DNA of 64,000 bases from IMG/VR virus record IMGVR_UViG_3300045988_123629. The stretch is one strand, 5' to 3'. The stretch's first letter is position 1. The number at the start of each line of letters is the position of its first letter. Position numbers and translations under genes: made by a program. The notes under the pieces were generated by a model. That model saw nothing but the letters and a program-made list of their open reading frames with translations. It was not told the DNA's origin and did no database searches. The DNA comes from a virus. Below, one piece after another: positions 11,296-20,322 of the stretch.

Positions 11296-11458
11296 TGGTC
11301 CGAGTGGAGCGACTCAAACGCTCGGCCTCCTGAACCCTAGTGGCAACAATGAGATTCGAACTCATAACAGCTATTAACTGACCTCGGGAGCGACCCTCAG
11401 ACATTACCATTCTGTCATCTTGCCAAATCAGGCGTTCTATCAACTGAACTACACCCGG
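11296..11458 (-). tRNA. tRNA-Pro (anticodon TGG) gene interrupted by an insertion of about 90-105 nt in the anticodon loop. The insert itself has a tRNA-like T-arm and acceptor.
   Basis: The 5' part is CCGGGUG-UA-GUUC-AGUUGAUA-GAAC-G-CCUGA-UUU. The 3' part is GGGU-UCAGG-AGGCC-GAGCG-UUUGAGU-CGCUC-CACUCGG-A-CCA. The acceptors pair across 7 bp. The mature loop would be UUUGGGU (anticodon UGG). The insert contains ATGAG-TTCGAAT-CTCAT. Confidence 0.45.
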
Positions 11459-11479
11459 AAATAAACTATATTTTTTATT

Positions 11480-11656
11480 TTAAACTAAATCAATTTCATC
11501 TAAAATAAAATTTTGTTTCTTTTTACAATGAACGCAATACATTGTTTTTCGATGTTTCTTTCCTTTGTAAGAAAATCTTTTAAAATTCTTAGCTTTAGGA
11601 GCGGTCATTTGTAAATGGCAAACAGGACAATGAAAATACCTTAATTGAAATTTCAT
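11480..11656 (-). CDS. Small zinc-ribbon protein (58 aa, CxxC...CxxC).
   Basis: GAGAGG RBS followed by an ATG. Sequence MKFQLRYFHCPVCHLQMTAPKAKNFKRFSYKGKKHRKTMYCVHCKKKQNFILDEIDLV, then TAA. It falls below the 60-aa cutoff of the ORF track. Confidence 0.45.
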   Translation of the reverse strand: MKFQLRYFHCPVCHLQMTAPKAKNFKRFSYKGKKHRKTMYCVHCKKKQNFILDEIDLV

Positions 11657-11828
11657 TATTTATACCTCTCAATCAAGACGATTTTTTAAATCACAATCAA
11701 GTATCCTATTAATTAAACTACATTTAAAAATACAGTTAAGGTCCTGCACCACACATCCGATCTTTGTTCCCCACATATAGGAGTGGGTATGGCCTTTAGG
11801 CAGAATCGTATTTGTTATTAACTGCCCA

Positions 11829-11905
11829 TGGTAGTCCGGGTGAGACTTGAACTCACGACCCTGCGATTATCAGTCGCATACTCTAGCCAGCTGAGCTACC
11901 GAACT
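11829..11905 (-). tRNA. tRNA-Ile (anticodon GAT).
   Basis: Acceptor AGUUCGG/CCGGACU. Anticodon arm UGCGA-CUGAUAA-UCGCA. D-arm GCUC-AGCUGGCUA-GAGU. T-loop GTTCAAGTCTCAC context. CCA is encoded. Confidence 0.7.
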
Positions 11906-11934
11906 ATAAACAAGACTAAATTATCAATACTATT

Positions 11935-11990
11935 GCTCTACCAATTGAGCTAACTCCCGATGGCCGGGAGCGAAGGACTTGAACCTCCAA
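11935..11990 (-). pseudogene. Permuted tRNA halves. A tRNA 3' half (T-arm, acceptor and CCA) is followed directly by the matching 5' half (acceptor and D-arm). There is no anticodon arm.
   Basis: The minus-sense sequence reads GGAGG-UUCAAGU-CCUUC-GCUCCCG-G-CCA-U-CGGGAGU-UA-GCUC-AAUUGGUA-GAGC. The two acceptor strands are mutually complementary, but their order is 3' half then 5' half. Confidence 0.35.
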
Positions 11991-12083
11991 CACATAGTTC
12001 CTTTTATGATAAAAATTGCTGTTTTAGTCTTTAATTTATATATTTATTATATAATATTTTTTTATAAATGTCAAAAAGTTTTA

Positions 12084-12941
12084 TTAAGTAGTTAAAAACG
12101 CATTATAACCTTTTGATTTTAAATCGTTAATTACTTTTATAGCATTTGCTTTGACAGAAAAAGCACCGACTTGAACTTTATAATACTTACCAATCTTACG
12201 AATATAAGCATTTTTATAACCTGCTCCAATAGTATCAGGTAATGCTTTAATTTTCAATAAGAAAGCATCAGCATTAGATTTAGATCCAAAAGCACCAAGT
12301 TGAACACGATAAATAATTTGTGGTTTGAGATAAATAGCCATTACATTATCGACTGCGCGATTGCCCCAATCTTTAGTGATACAAGTTCCATTATGAAGAA
12401 CTTTTGTGCTACCACCGCCATCAAGGTTAATTGCATAATCAACTTTTAATGCTAAAAGTAAATTCTACATTTCCGCGAATGCCATACCTGGCTTTTCAAT
12501 AGCGATTAAATAAATATTAAATTTATTATATGCTAATACTGTTCTACGGGCTTTATAATTTAACTCTTTAGCATAAGTAATTTGAGTTTTTTTACCAGCC
12601 TTAATTAATACTGGATAACCGCTAACAAAATCTTCAAACTTTTCTGTTCCAATTATACCGTATTTCAATTCACCATTAATGATACCAAAACCTTCTTTAT
12701 AAGAAGAAGTGGAATTAATGATTATACCATTGTCCATATAATTAAAACAAGTGCCACCATTATCCATGCTAAAGAAACCACCATTAGTTAAAATAGTAGG
12801 TTTAACCGCACAACTATCATAGTATTGCTTTAAAGTCTAACGCGGTTGAGCGCATAACGCCATATCTAACTTACTAATTTCTTCTTTTGGAATTTCAATA
12901 ATTTTTACATATGAATAATTACTTGGAGAATATATCTTCAT
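12084..12941 (-). CDS. Putative cell-wall hydrolase or lysin. It has a phosphodiester-glycosidase (NAGPA-like) domain followed by two C-terminal SPOR peptidoglycan-binding repeats. It contains two in-frame TAG codons.
   Basis: AAGGAAGG RBS followed by the ATG at 12939-12941. ORFs 12465-12767 and 12084-12341 are in the same frame, and I checked 12342-12464 triplet by triplet. Motifs: TNGGFF and INLDGGGST (NAGPA family), YRVQLGAFGSKSNA and YKVQVGAFSVKANA (SPOR). TAGs are at 12465-12467 and near 12840. Confidence 0.55.
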
Positions 12942-13005
12942 CAAATCACCTTCCTTAATATTTTTAAGGTTTCAATGATTCTTATTAATGAAATATACCC
13001 TCGAT

Positions 13006-13085
13006 TGGTACGGCTACTGGGACTTAAACCCAGATTATGACAGCTTAGAGGGCTGGTGCCATATTCAATTAGGCGATAGCCGTAA
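13006..13085 (-). tRNA. tRNA, probably Arg (anticodon TCT). It has an atypical C at position 33.
   Basis: Acceptor ACGGCUA/UAGCCGU, A73 and CCA. T-arm CUGGG-UUUAAGU-CCCAG. Anticodon arm CCAGC-CCUCUAA-GCUGU. Confidence 0.45.
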
Positions 13086-13196
13086 ATTTATCTACAAGAC
13101 TCTTTATTCTTCTTAATCCCACATTAAGCGCTTATTGCAAGCAAAAAAGTTGCTGTATGAGTCTTTATTTAGTTAAGAAAGGAAATACCATGACAA

Positions 13197-13272
13197 TGGT
13201 AGGGGTAGATGGGATCGAACCATCAATTCCTCAATTATAAGTTGAGAGCCTTACCGATTTGGCCATACCCCC
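13197..13272 (-). tRNA. tRNA with anticodon TAT (Ile-AUA decoding type) and a Gln-like D-arm.
   Basis: Acceptor GGGGGUA/UACCCCU with CCA. D-arm GCC-AAAUCGGUAA-GGC. Anticodon arm CUCAA-CUUAUAA-UUGAG. T-loop GGTTCGATCCC. Confidence 0.5.
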
Positions 13273-13279
13273 ATACCAT

Positions 13280-13876
13280 TTATATCTCTTCAGTCTTATT
13301 TTTAAATCTTTGACTATTTAGATACTTATAATTGGGAGTCAAAGAATGACAATTAGGGCACAATAATTCTAAATTATTCAAATCATTGTGAGTTCTATCG
13401 CCATCTTTATGATGAATCTCTAAAGGACATTTCCCAGTTGTTGGATTAATTTCTCCCCAACCACACTTCTAACATTTATTATTATATTTTTTGAAAAGAT
13501 AAGTTCTAATAGAATCAGAAATTTTAGTAGCATTTCCACTTTTCTTTAAACCACTTTCTTCTCCATTAGCAACTTTTTCAATATATTCTTTTCTTTTATA
13601 TTCCTACTAACAAGCATTAGAACAATATTTATACTATCCTTTATGTAATTCTTTACCGCAATTTAAACAATATTTTTCTTTAACTTTTCCTGTAGTATTA
13701 CAAATACATCCGCACGACTTTGTAGCTCCTCTTGTTAAATTGCCAGTTTTTATTTCTTTCTAATTTCCACAATCACATTGGCATAACCAATAAGTACTTC
13801 CATTACGACTTGGTGCTTTTTTAAGAGCAACTAATCTTCCAAATCTTTGACCAGTAATATCTAAAGCATTAGGCAT
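13280..13876 (-). CDS. HNH homing endonuclease with at least 5 in-frame TAG codons.
   Basis: AGGAGTG RBS followed by an ATG at 13874-13876. The stop is TAA at 13280-13282, and I checked that start and stop are in the same frame. Motifs: N-terminal ...YWLCQCDCGN(TAG)KEIKTGNLTRGATKSCGC and HNH core CPLEIHHKDGDRTHNDLNNLELLCPNCH. No ORF of 60 aa or more appears in the track because of the TAGs. Confidence 0.6.
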
Positions 13877-13972
13877 ATTTATATAACACTCCTTTTATTT
13901 TTCTTCTATTATATATAAATATACCTACTTTTAAACTAAGGGTTTAAGTCCAAAATTTTTCTAATAATTAAT

Positions 13973-14491
13973 TTAAGAAACCCGCGACTTCAACCAATAA
14001 ACTGACATCCGTTCATTAGGCTGATTTGTCATTTCACCTTTTGGCCCTAAAATTTCAGGATAAGGCCAAACATATTCATTAGCAGTCTTTTCGTCAGGAA
14101 ATTCAACTTCTGCATAACAAAATTTTCCATCAACTTCGCTAACCTCAATCAAACGATTAAGATTATAAATATCTTCGACCATATAATAATCCTTGATAAT
14201 AGGATTATAACCTTCGTGTCGAGTTTTCTTAATCATTTCATAGAAATCTGCGGAAATTGGCGTTTCAATTTCTTCACGAGAAAGACCATCACCATATTTA
14301 TAAGTCATCTTATAATCAACTTGATTGGTTTTAAGGTTAATAGCCTTCCGCACTCGAATTTCTTCAAGCACTTTACCATCATTATCAAAATCAATCATAA
14401 GATAAATTTGTTCAATTTTCTTATGACGAACACTTTTTTCCTTCATCCAAGAAGGGATATTTTTAATATCAAACTTACGTTCGATTTCCAT
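13973..14491 (-). CDS. CYTH-domain protein (triphosphate tunnel metalloenzyme, CyaB/ThTPase-like).
   Basis: The N-terminal MEIERKF motif is diagnostic of CYTH domains. A 172-aa ORF without TAG. Confidence 0.55.
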   Translation of the reverse strand: MEIERKFDIKNIPSWMKEKSVRHKKIEQIYLMIDFDNDGKVLEEIRVRKAINLKTNQVDYKMTYKYGDGLSREEIETPISADFYEMIKKTRHEGYNPIIKDYYMVEDIYNLNRLIEVSEVDGKFCYAEVEFPDEKTANEYVWPYPEILGPKGEMTNQPNERMSVYWLKSRVS

Positions 14492-14649
14492 CTTTATACT
14501 CCTTTAACTCTTGGAAATAAGTAAGAATCTACTCATTTTTATCAATAATCTCTGAACTATAATTATAATACTTCATAGAAGCAATCTAATCTTTCCATTC
14601 AGCGATTAACTAATCTACGGTATAATTCATAATTTCACCTACTTACTAT

Positions 14650-14725
14650 TGGGGTGACTGGCGGAATTCGAATCCGCGACCTTCTGAGCCACAATCAGAC
14701 GCTCTACCAACTGAGCTACAGCCAC
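14650..14725 (-). tRNA. tRNA-His (anticodon GTG).
   Basis: Acceptor GUGGCUG/CAGUCAC and discriminator C73. Anticodon arm UCUGA-UUGUGGC-UCAGA. T-loop GGATTCGAATTCC. CCA is encoded. Confidence 0.7.
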
Positions 14726-14726
14726 A

Positions 14727-14813
14727 TGGTGCTTTTGGTGAGACTCGAACTCACATGAACTTTACGCCCACTAGATTCTTAGTCTAGCATGTATACCAAT
14801 TCCATCACAAAAG
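14727..14813 (-). tRNA. Class II tRNA, probably Leu (anticodon AAG).
   Basis: Acceptor GCUUUUG/CAAAAGC and A73. Anticodon arm CUAGA-CUAAGAA-UCUAG. Long variable arm. T-arm GUGAG-UUCGAGU-CUCAC. CCA is encoded. Confidence 0.5.
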
Positions 14814-14909
14814 CATTTTCTTATTTTCATATATTTATTATATAATATTTTTTTTATAAAGTCAAAAGGGGCCGATGTAAAGTATATTCACTTTACATCG
14901 GCCGTCGCG

Positions 14910-16049
14910 TTAATAAAGATACTGTTCAATAGTGTTTGCGACCTTAGTTAAAACAACAGACTTAATTACGCGCTCATTTTTAGCCTTTTCAATAGCTTCC
15001 TTACGCTTTTCAGCATCAGTAATCGTCCAAAAGTCATCAGGATCAATGTAAACTTCAACCTTTTTCGGATCAGCTGTAATCATACCCTTTTCAATCTTAA
15101 TCGAATCAGGAGTCAAGGCATAACGAATAGTCTTACTATCTGAGGCATAACCATCATACCATCTTTGATGATTGGTATTAGGATTGTTAAACAAATTAAC
15201 TGAAGCACCATAGGTATTATATACATCACCATTTACCGTAGTAATAGTGATATTGAAACGAACATTGGAAGTCTGAGAGATATTAAGGTCTTCAAGAGTT
15301 TCTGCCACACCATAACCCTGATTAAGTTCAAAAGCAATCGCTCGAAGATAATCATAAGTCATATTAACAGTGCGAGAAAAATTCACAATATCCTTAATAC
15401 CATCTGCGTATTTAGGCTTAACCTTATCAGTCAAATACTCAACGATCTCTTCCTCAGTTGGGAAAGTAATCTTAAAATGATAATGGAAACGACCAGGTCT
15501 ATTCAAAAGATAAGTGCTAAGTCGATCAACTTCATTACAAGTAATGACAAAAAGCTTCTTACCATTATCAAGACCATCAAAAAGAGAAAGCATTTCTTCC
15601 TGCGGAGAGGGGCCCGCATGGTCGTCAGAGTTATTAGAGAAATTCTTTTCAAACTCATCAAAAATAATTACGACTTCTTGCTCGATACTGGAAATAAAAT
15701 CTGCGATACCAGGCATATAAGTATTAGCCAAAAGGACAGGATATCCGTTTTCAATAGCGTGATGAGAAAGAATACGAGCAAACAATGACTTACCAATACC
15801 CTTCTGACCACTTAAAATAACACCAAGATTACGGTCTGAATACTTAAAAGAATTAAGCACCTTATTGACTTTAACTTCGTGATTACCATAAATTTTTTCC
15901 TCATTGACCGCAAGATCTGGACGAGAAGAAAGATAAAAACCTGCCATCTTACTAAAGCAGACTTCAAAAGACATAAGCGGAAGTCGCTTATAAGTCTTAA
16001 CGTCCTCGCCATAAATCTGATAGCGAGAACCAGCGTTTACAATATTCAT
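14910..16049 (-). CDS. AAA+ ATPase.
   Basis: Walker A GQKGIGKS, Walker B VIIFDEFE and the NRPGRFH sensor/arginine motif typical of classic AAA modules. A 379-aa continuous ORF. Confidence 0.65.
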   Translation of the reverse strand: MNIVNAGSRYQIYGEDVKTYKRLPLMSFEVCFSKMAGFYLSSRPDLAVNEEKIYGNHEVKVNKVLNSFKYSDRNLGVILSGQKGIGKSLFARILSHHAIENGYPVLLANTYMPGIADFISSIEQEVVIIFDEFEKNFSNNSDDHAGPSPQEEMLSLFDGLDNGKKLFVITCNEVDRLSTYLLNRPGRFHYHFKITFPTEEEIVEYLTDKVKPKYADGIKDIVNFSRTVNMTYDYLRAIAFELNQGYGVAETLEDLNISQTSNVRFNITITTVNGDVYNTYGASVNLFNNPNTNHQRWYDGYASDSKTIRYALTPDSIKIEKGMITADPKKVEVYIDPDDFWTITDAEKRKEAIEKAKNERVIKSVVLTKVANTIEQYLY

Positions 16050-16076
16050 ACTTAATCCTCTTAATTTAAAATTTAA

Positions 16077-16165
16077 TGGCGAAGGAGAGAGGATTCGAAC
16101 CTCCGGGCCCCAAATGAGGCCAACACCTTAGCAGGGTGCCGCATTCAACCAGCTCTGCCACTCCT
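16077..16165 (-). tRNA. tRNA-Ser (anticodon GCT).
   Basis: Acceptor GAAGGAG/CUCCUUC and G73. Anticodon arm GCACC-CUGCUAA-GGUGU. Long variable arm. T-loop GGTTCGAATCC. CCA is encoded. Confidence 0.7.
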
Positions 16166-16259
16166 TCATAATATATAAATAGAATAATTTACTGCTTAAA
16201 CAGATGATATCCTCGTTTAAACCATACCACACCCTCACCCAACGCCTCAATTATTCTAT

Positions 16260-16496
16260 TTATTTACACCTATATATAATTAGCTTAGGCTTAATACTAT
16301 ATCCACAATAACTACGCCAAGTGCGATAATTACTAAAAATATAATATTTTCTATCAGGTTTAATATTACCAAATAAATTTAAAACTCTCAGTCCTTGCTT
16401 ATAATGAGAAGTTTTATTATTCACTTGATAATTGGCCCAATCAAGAATTTCTTGACCGCTAAAACAAGGATTTTTATAGCTTAAAATATTTTTCAT
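16260..16496 (-). CDS. Hypothetical protein (78 aa).
   Basis: ORF from the track. No motif. Confidence 0.3.
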   Translation of the reverse strand: MKNILSYKNPCFSGQEILDWANYQVNNKTSHYKQGLRVLNLFGNIKPDRKYYIFSNYRTWRSYCGYSIKPKLIIYRCK

Positions 16497-16906
16497 ATCC
16501 TACCTCCTCTGCTTTTCTGGACTTGGAACCAGCCTATGGTAGCATTAGATAGGCGACCGCACTTATCGTTCGCTAGGACAAAACTCGCGCTCATCGCCAA
16601 AGATCAAATCATCAACATCTTTAAACATATCAGACAATCCTCCTTCTTTATTTATTTTTATGAAACAAAATAGAGAGTAGAAAAACAATTCATTTCTATG
16701 GAAGTGAGAGAAAACAACAATCTATATATCAAACGAAAGGGGAAATCAAACAGAAAGATAAGTAAGAAAATGAACTAGATGTAAAAGACTCTCTCTATTG
16801 TATAGTCTTTTGTTTCTATATATTTAAATATATAGAAGAGTAGCCTTTCTAACAGGCATCCCAACAGCCTCGAGCAGCAAAGAGGTTCCTCATTTGTTGG
16901 TCTTTT

Positions 16907-16982
16907 GGTGGGCGGAGACAGAATCGAACTGCCGACGCTAGGATCTTCAATCCTACGCTCTACCAACTGAGCTATCCGCCCA
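16907..16982 (-). tRNA. tRNA-Phe (anticodon GAA).
   Basis: Acceptor GGGCGGA/UCCGCCC. Anticodon arm UAGGA-UUGAAGA-UCCUA. T-loop GTTCGATTC. CCA is encoded. Confidence 0.75.
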
Positions 16983-17195
16983 TAATATTTATATTGCTAC
17001 GATTCCCGATTCTCCACGTAGTCATTCTTCCTTTAAAATTGACTAAAAGAATGTGATATTTTATTTATCGTACTACATCAACAATATAAATAGAACAAGA
17101 CGCTATAAACAATCTTAAGCATATGTATTTTGTACATTGATGTTTTAAAGTTTGCTGTTAGCGCCTTAATTATTCAAAAAGAAAGGAAAGATAAA

Positions 17196-17399
17196 TTATG
17201 CGTTTGCGGGTTCCGCGTTCTTCGGTCTGCGGAACTTTACATAACGCTCACCATCATATCGGGACATCCAAATGATTGTGCCATCCTTAAAATGGAAATC
17301 ATAAGTAAAATCTTTATCCTGTTCATCAACCTGATGGCAAAAGCCCTTACCATACTTCTTAGAATAAACCTTGTCGCCGGGCTTAAACTTAAACTTCAT
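17196..17399 (-). CDS. Hypothetical small protein (67 aa).
   Basis: ORF from the track (MKFKFKPGDKVYSKKYGKGF...). No TAG. Confidence 0.35.
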   Translation of the reverse strand: MKFKFKPGDKVYSKKYGKGFCHQVDEQDKDFTYDFHFKDGTIIWMSRYDGERYVKFRRPKNAEPANA

Positions 17400-17444
17400 T
17401 TAGATATCTCCTTTTGGATTATTTTAATTTACAAGACACAAATG

Positions 17445-17518
17445 AAATATTTGTTGGAATTGAACCAACTACAATTTGTTTGACAGACAAATACTCTACC
17501 AATGAGTTAAAATACTTT
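17445..17518 (-). tRNA. tRNA-Asp (anticodon GTC), AT-rich.
   Basis: Acceptor AGUAUUU/AAAUAUU. D-arm ACUC-AUUGGUA-GAGU. Anticodon arm UUUGU-CUGUCAA-ACAAA. T-arm GUUGG-UUCAAUU-CCAAC. Confidence 0.55.
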
Positions 17519-17597
17519 CAATAGAAAATGATTGCTGTGTGTGTCTTTATTACTGTGATACCTCTTAAAAGAGGGCTTACGGCATTACGCCTAATAT

Positions 17598-18377
17598 TTA
17601 TATGTTTTTCCATTCATCATCAGTGTATAAATTTATAATTTTTTTTGTATTAGGTAAATTATAAGAAATACACCATTTTCTAATGGAATTATCACTTACA
17701 TGATATATATTCGCGATAGAAGTAAAACTTTTATTACGAATCAATTTTTTTAATTTATCACGAGAAGGTCTTTTAATTTTTCGATGTTCTTTAGCAGAAC
17801 ATTTCTAACATTTTTGACCTTTTCCGCTCCACTCTCCACCACATATAGGACAAACTTTTTTTAAAAGTTTTTTCTCTTCTTCTGGTTTATTTTTATCAAA
17901 ACGAGAATAATGTAAAGGATAATTTAATTTTTCATTAAACCAAGTTCTTCCAACATTTATATCTCTAATAGTATCTTTACTAACTTTATATTTTTTAGCT
18001 AATTCCGAATGATTAACTACACCTAACTTATCATTAATTAAAATATTTTGAATATCTTGGACTTCCTAATAATTTAATTTTTGATAAATTACGCGATAAT
18101 CTCCACCTATTGTCTAATTATACTCTGGTTTATAATAATCAATCCAATAAGTTTCTCTACTATTTAGATTATCAATTTCACATTCTTCTAACACTTCAAA
18201 TATAAAATTAGAAACACCATATTTTCTGAAACTTTGATATAAGGGATAATTATAGCTTTTACTCTTTTCATCTTGGGAGCTATATATATGATTTTCCCAA
18301 CGTTCTGCTATATTTCTTGACTATCCAATATAACAATGATTATTTATTTTATTAGTAATTTTATAAATTCCTATCAT
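17598..18377 (-). CDS. GIY-YIG homing endonuclease with about 5 in-frame TAG codons.
   Basis: AGGAGAT RBS followed by an ATG at 18375-18377. The stop is TAA at 17598-17600, in frame. Motif GIYKITNKINNHCYIG(TAG)SRNIAERWENH, which is GIY...YIG...R...H. There is a C-terminal Cys cluster (CPICGG...C(TAG)KC). Confidence 0.55.
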
Positions 18378-18460
18378 ATTACCATCTCCTTACACTATAA
18401 TTAAAATTTTATTTAAGATAATTATAATTTTTCGACCTCGAAAGTATTTAGGTGATGATA

Positions 18461-18534
18461 TGGTTGCGGTCGGGCGATTCGAACGCCGTTTTTGGCTTAT
18501 GAGGCCAACGAGCTACCTTTGCTCCACCACCGCA
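18461..18534 (-). tRNA. tRNA with anticodon CAT (elongator Met or Ile2 type).
   Basis: Anticodon arm UUGGC-CUCAUAA-GCCAA. D-arm GAGC-AAAGGUA-GCUC. T-loop TTCGAAT. CCA is encoded. Confidence 0.55.
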
Positions 18535-18535
18535 A

Positions 18536-18612
18536 TGGTCGGTCAAATTAGAATCGAACTAATATCCCTTGTCTTATGAGAACAATGCTCTACCAGTTAA
18601 GCTATTGACCGA
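18536..18612 (-). tRNA. Second tRNA with anticodon CAT (Met or Ile2 type).
   Basis: Acceptor CGGUCAA/UUGACCG. Anticodon arm UUGUU-CUCAUAA-GACAA. T-arm AUUAG-UUCGAUU-CUAAU. CCA is encoded. Confidence 0.6.
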
Positions 18613-18850
18613 AAATAGGATAGATATAATATTCATGACTATTATATCTATTGGACTTTCTAACCTATCGTCCCAAAATTCTTAATAGACCTCATCAAAT
18701 GGCCAACTTTTGTAGAGGCTTTTGTGCGACCACCTGCGCACTTACATAGACATAAGAATAATGCCAACATATGGCGACCCCGACGGGTGCCGACCCCGCT
18801 ATCTCCAGCGTGACAGGCTGGCGGCTCTGCTGACTGCCCCCAGGGCCATA

Positions 18851-18927
18851 TGGTACTCCCAGCCGGATTCGAACCGGCGACTCCAACGTGAAAGGCTGGT
18901 GACTTAAGTCCGCTTGTCGATGGGAGC
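18851..18927 (-). tRNA. tRNA-Glu (anticodon TTC).
   Basis: Acceptor GCUCCCA/UGGGAGU. Glu-type D-arm GAC-(12-nt loop)-GUC. Anticodon arm CCAGC-CUUUCAC-GUUGG. T-arm GCCGG-UUCGAAU-CCGGC. CCA is encoded. Confidence 0.6.
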
Positions 18928-19003
18928 ATATTAAATAGACTATAAAGCCGTCTATTAGGGCAAATAATATTTCAGTTCCTTACTAAAAGCGATAAAAGTA
19001 AGG

Positions 19004-19078
19004 TGGTGGCGCGAAGGGGATTCGAACCCAACTATCGCGAGAGTGAGAATCTCGCATCCTAAACCGTTAGACGACCGC
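19004..19078 (-). tRNA. tRNA, possibly Glu (anticodon CTC). The stems are imperfect.
   Basis: 3' end ...UUCGAAU-CCCCU-UCGCGCC-A-CCA. Anticodon arm CGAGA-UUCUCAC-UCUCG. One mismatch in the acceptor stem and a weak T-stem. Confidence 0.35.
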
Positions 19079-19520
19079 GTCATATTTAAGCACATCTATC
19101 ATAATCTTGATTTTTGTGCTTTTGTTTTCGCTTAAACGAGCCTTTACCTTTCTTCGCAGGAACTTTAAATCCTCTGCGCCGAAACAATTGAAGATACTCA
19201 TTAAGCTCTTCCTTATTCTTTTTCATATAACTTTTATTCACGGTATTCATCCTCATCTTCATAAAGGGAAAGATCCTGATAAGCAGCATATTCATCACTC
19301 TGAATCTCGCAAGCATAGCTTTCATAGTAATCATTATACATAATTTAAATCTTCCTTTCTTAACTTTCTATAAATATTATAACTTATTTTTTATAAAATG
19401 TCAAAAGATTAAAAGACCAACCAAAAGCGATATTTGTTAACGATGGTCGCCACTCCACCGCCGTCAATATTCACAAACACTTACCATTTTCACACTAACC
19501 TACTAATTAAAGGAGGTGAC

Positions 19521-19604
19521 TGGTGCTTCGAGAGAGACTTGAACTCTCACCATCCGTTCGGATAATCGGGTTTGAGCCGATCGCGTCTGCCAATTCCGCC
19601 ATCA
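19521..19604 (-). tRNA. tRNA-Leu (anticodon CAA), class II.
   Basis: Acceptor GCUUUGA/UCGAAGC and A73. Anticodon arm AUCGG-CUCAAAC-CCGAU. Long variable arm. T-arm GAGAG-UUCAAGU-CUCUC. CCA is encoded. Confidence 0.7.
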
Positions 19605-19614
19605 AAGCATAACT

Positions 19615-19745
19615 AAGAGGATTTTTAAGAAGAATCCTCAAAACTTCTTTCTAATCATCTAATTGGATTTTTAAGAAGAACCCTCAAAACTTCTTTCTAA
19701 TCTAACGGAAGTTTTAAGAAGATCTTCCAACTTCTTTCTAATCTT
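19615..19745. repeat. Three tandem hairpin repeats of about 40 bp (TTTAAGAAGAAyCCTCAAAACTTCTTTCTAATC) immediately adjacent to tRNA-Leu(CAA).
   Basis: Three direct repeats seen by eye at about 19625, 19667 and 19708. Each contains the inverted repeat AAGAAG...CTTCTT. Confidence 0.6.
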
Positions 19746-20155
19746 AATCGCACTTTAGGGCGGCCGTCCCTTCGCGGCGTCACGATTTGCATAATTTACT
19801 GTATTACCATTTTATTTTCCGAAAAAGGCTACAAACCAAAACGGGAGTTATTTAAGAATAACTTCTAGACTACGCTAACTGCTCAAATTTTCTCTTCTTA
19901 GTGGGAAAAACTTTCTTAGCGCTGAAACCAAAATCACTATTAGCATTTTGTATATATTATCTTATTGTATATAAGTTTTATTAATATACCTTATCTATTA
20001 TATCATTTAGTATATTGTATTAATGTTTAATTAATAAGATAATATTTCTGGCTGCTTTTATCACCAATCATATAATTGGTTATATTGGGCAATGCTCCCA
20101 AACTTGCGGTTTACTTAACCGCCGTGCTTACTCTTTACACCATATAACCATATAA

Positions 20156-20235
20156 TGGTGGACCTCGTGAGAATCGAACTCACCTGATTTTCTGTGTGCA
20201 AGACAGACGACCACGCCATGCAGTCCCGAAGCCCG
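20156..20235 (-). pseudogene. Degenerate tRNA-Ala-like element (anticodon arm with TGC). The D-arm is truncated.
   Basis: T-arm GUGAG-UUCGAUU-CUCAC, acceptor 3' GAGGUCC-A-CCA and anticodon arm UCUGU-CUUGCAC-ACAGA are all present. Only about 12 nt lie between the acceptor and the anticodon stem. Confidence 0.35.
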
Positions 20236-20322
20236 AAATGCGACTTATTTATGTATAGATGGAGTCGCCAACCACCTGCGTTCAAAGTCCGCAAGCCTTC
20301 AACGCATTCCCAGGGAGGGATT

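Noticed and set aside
10358-11458. Inserts in the Gln and Pro tRNA genes interpreted as standard self-splicing group I introns.
   Set aside because: At about 100-130 nt they are far shorter than known group I introns, and I could not see P7-like core pairings by eye. They are kept as intron-like inserts of unknown type pending covariance-model tests.
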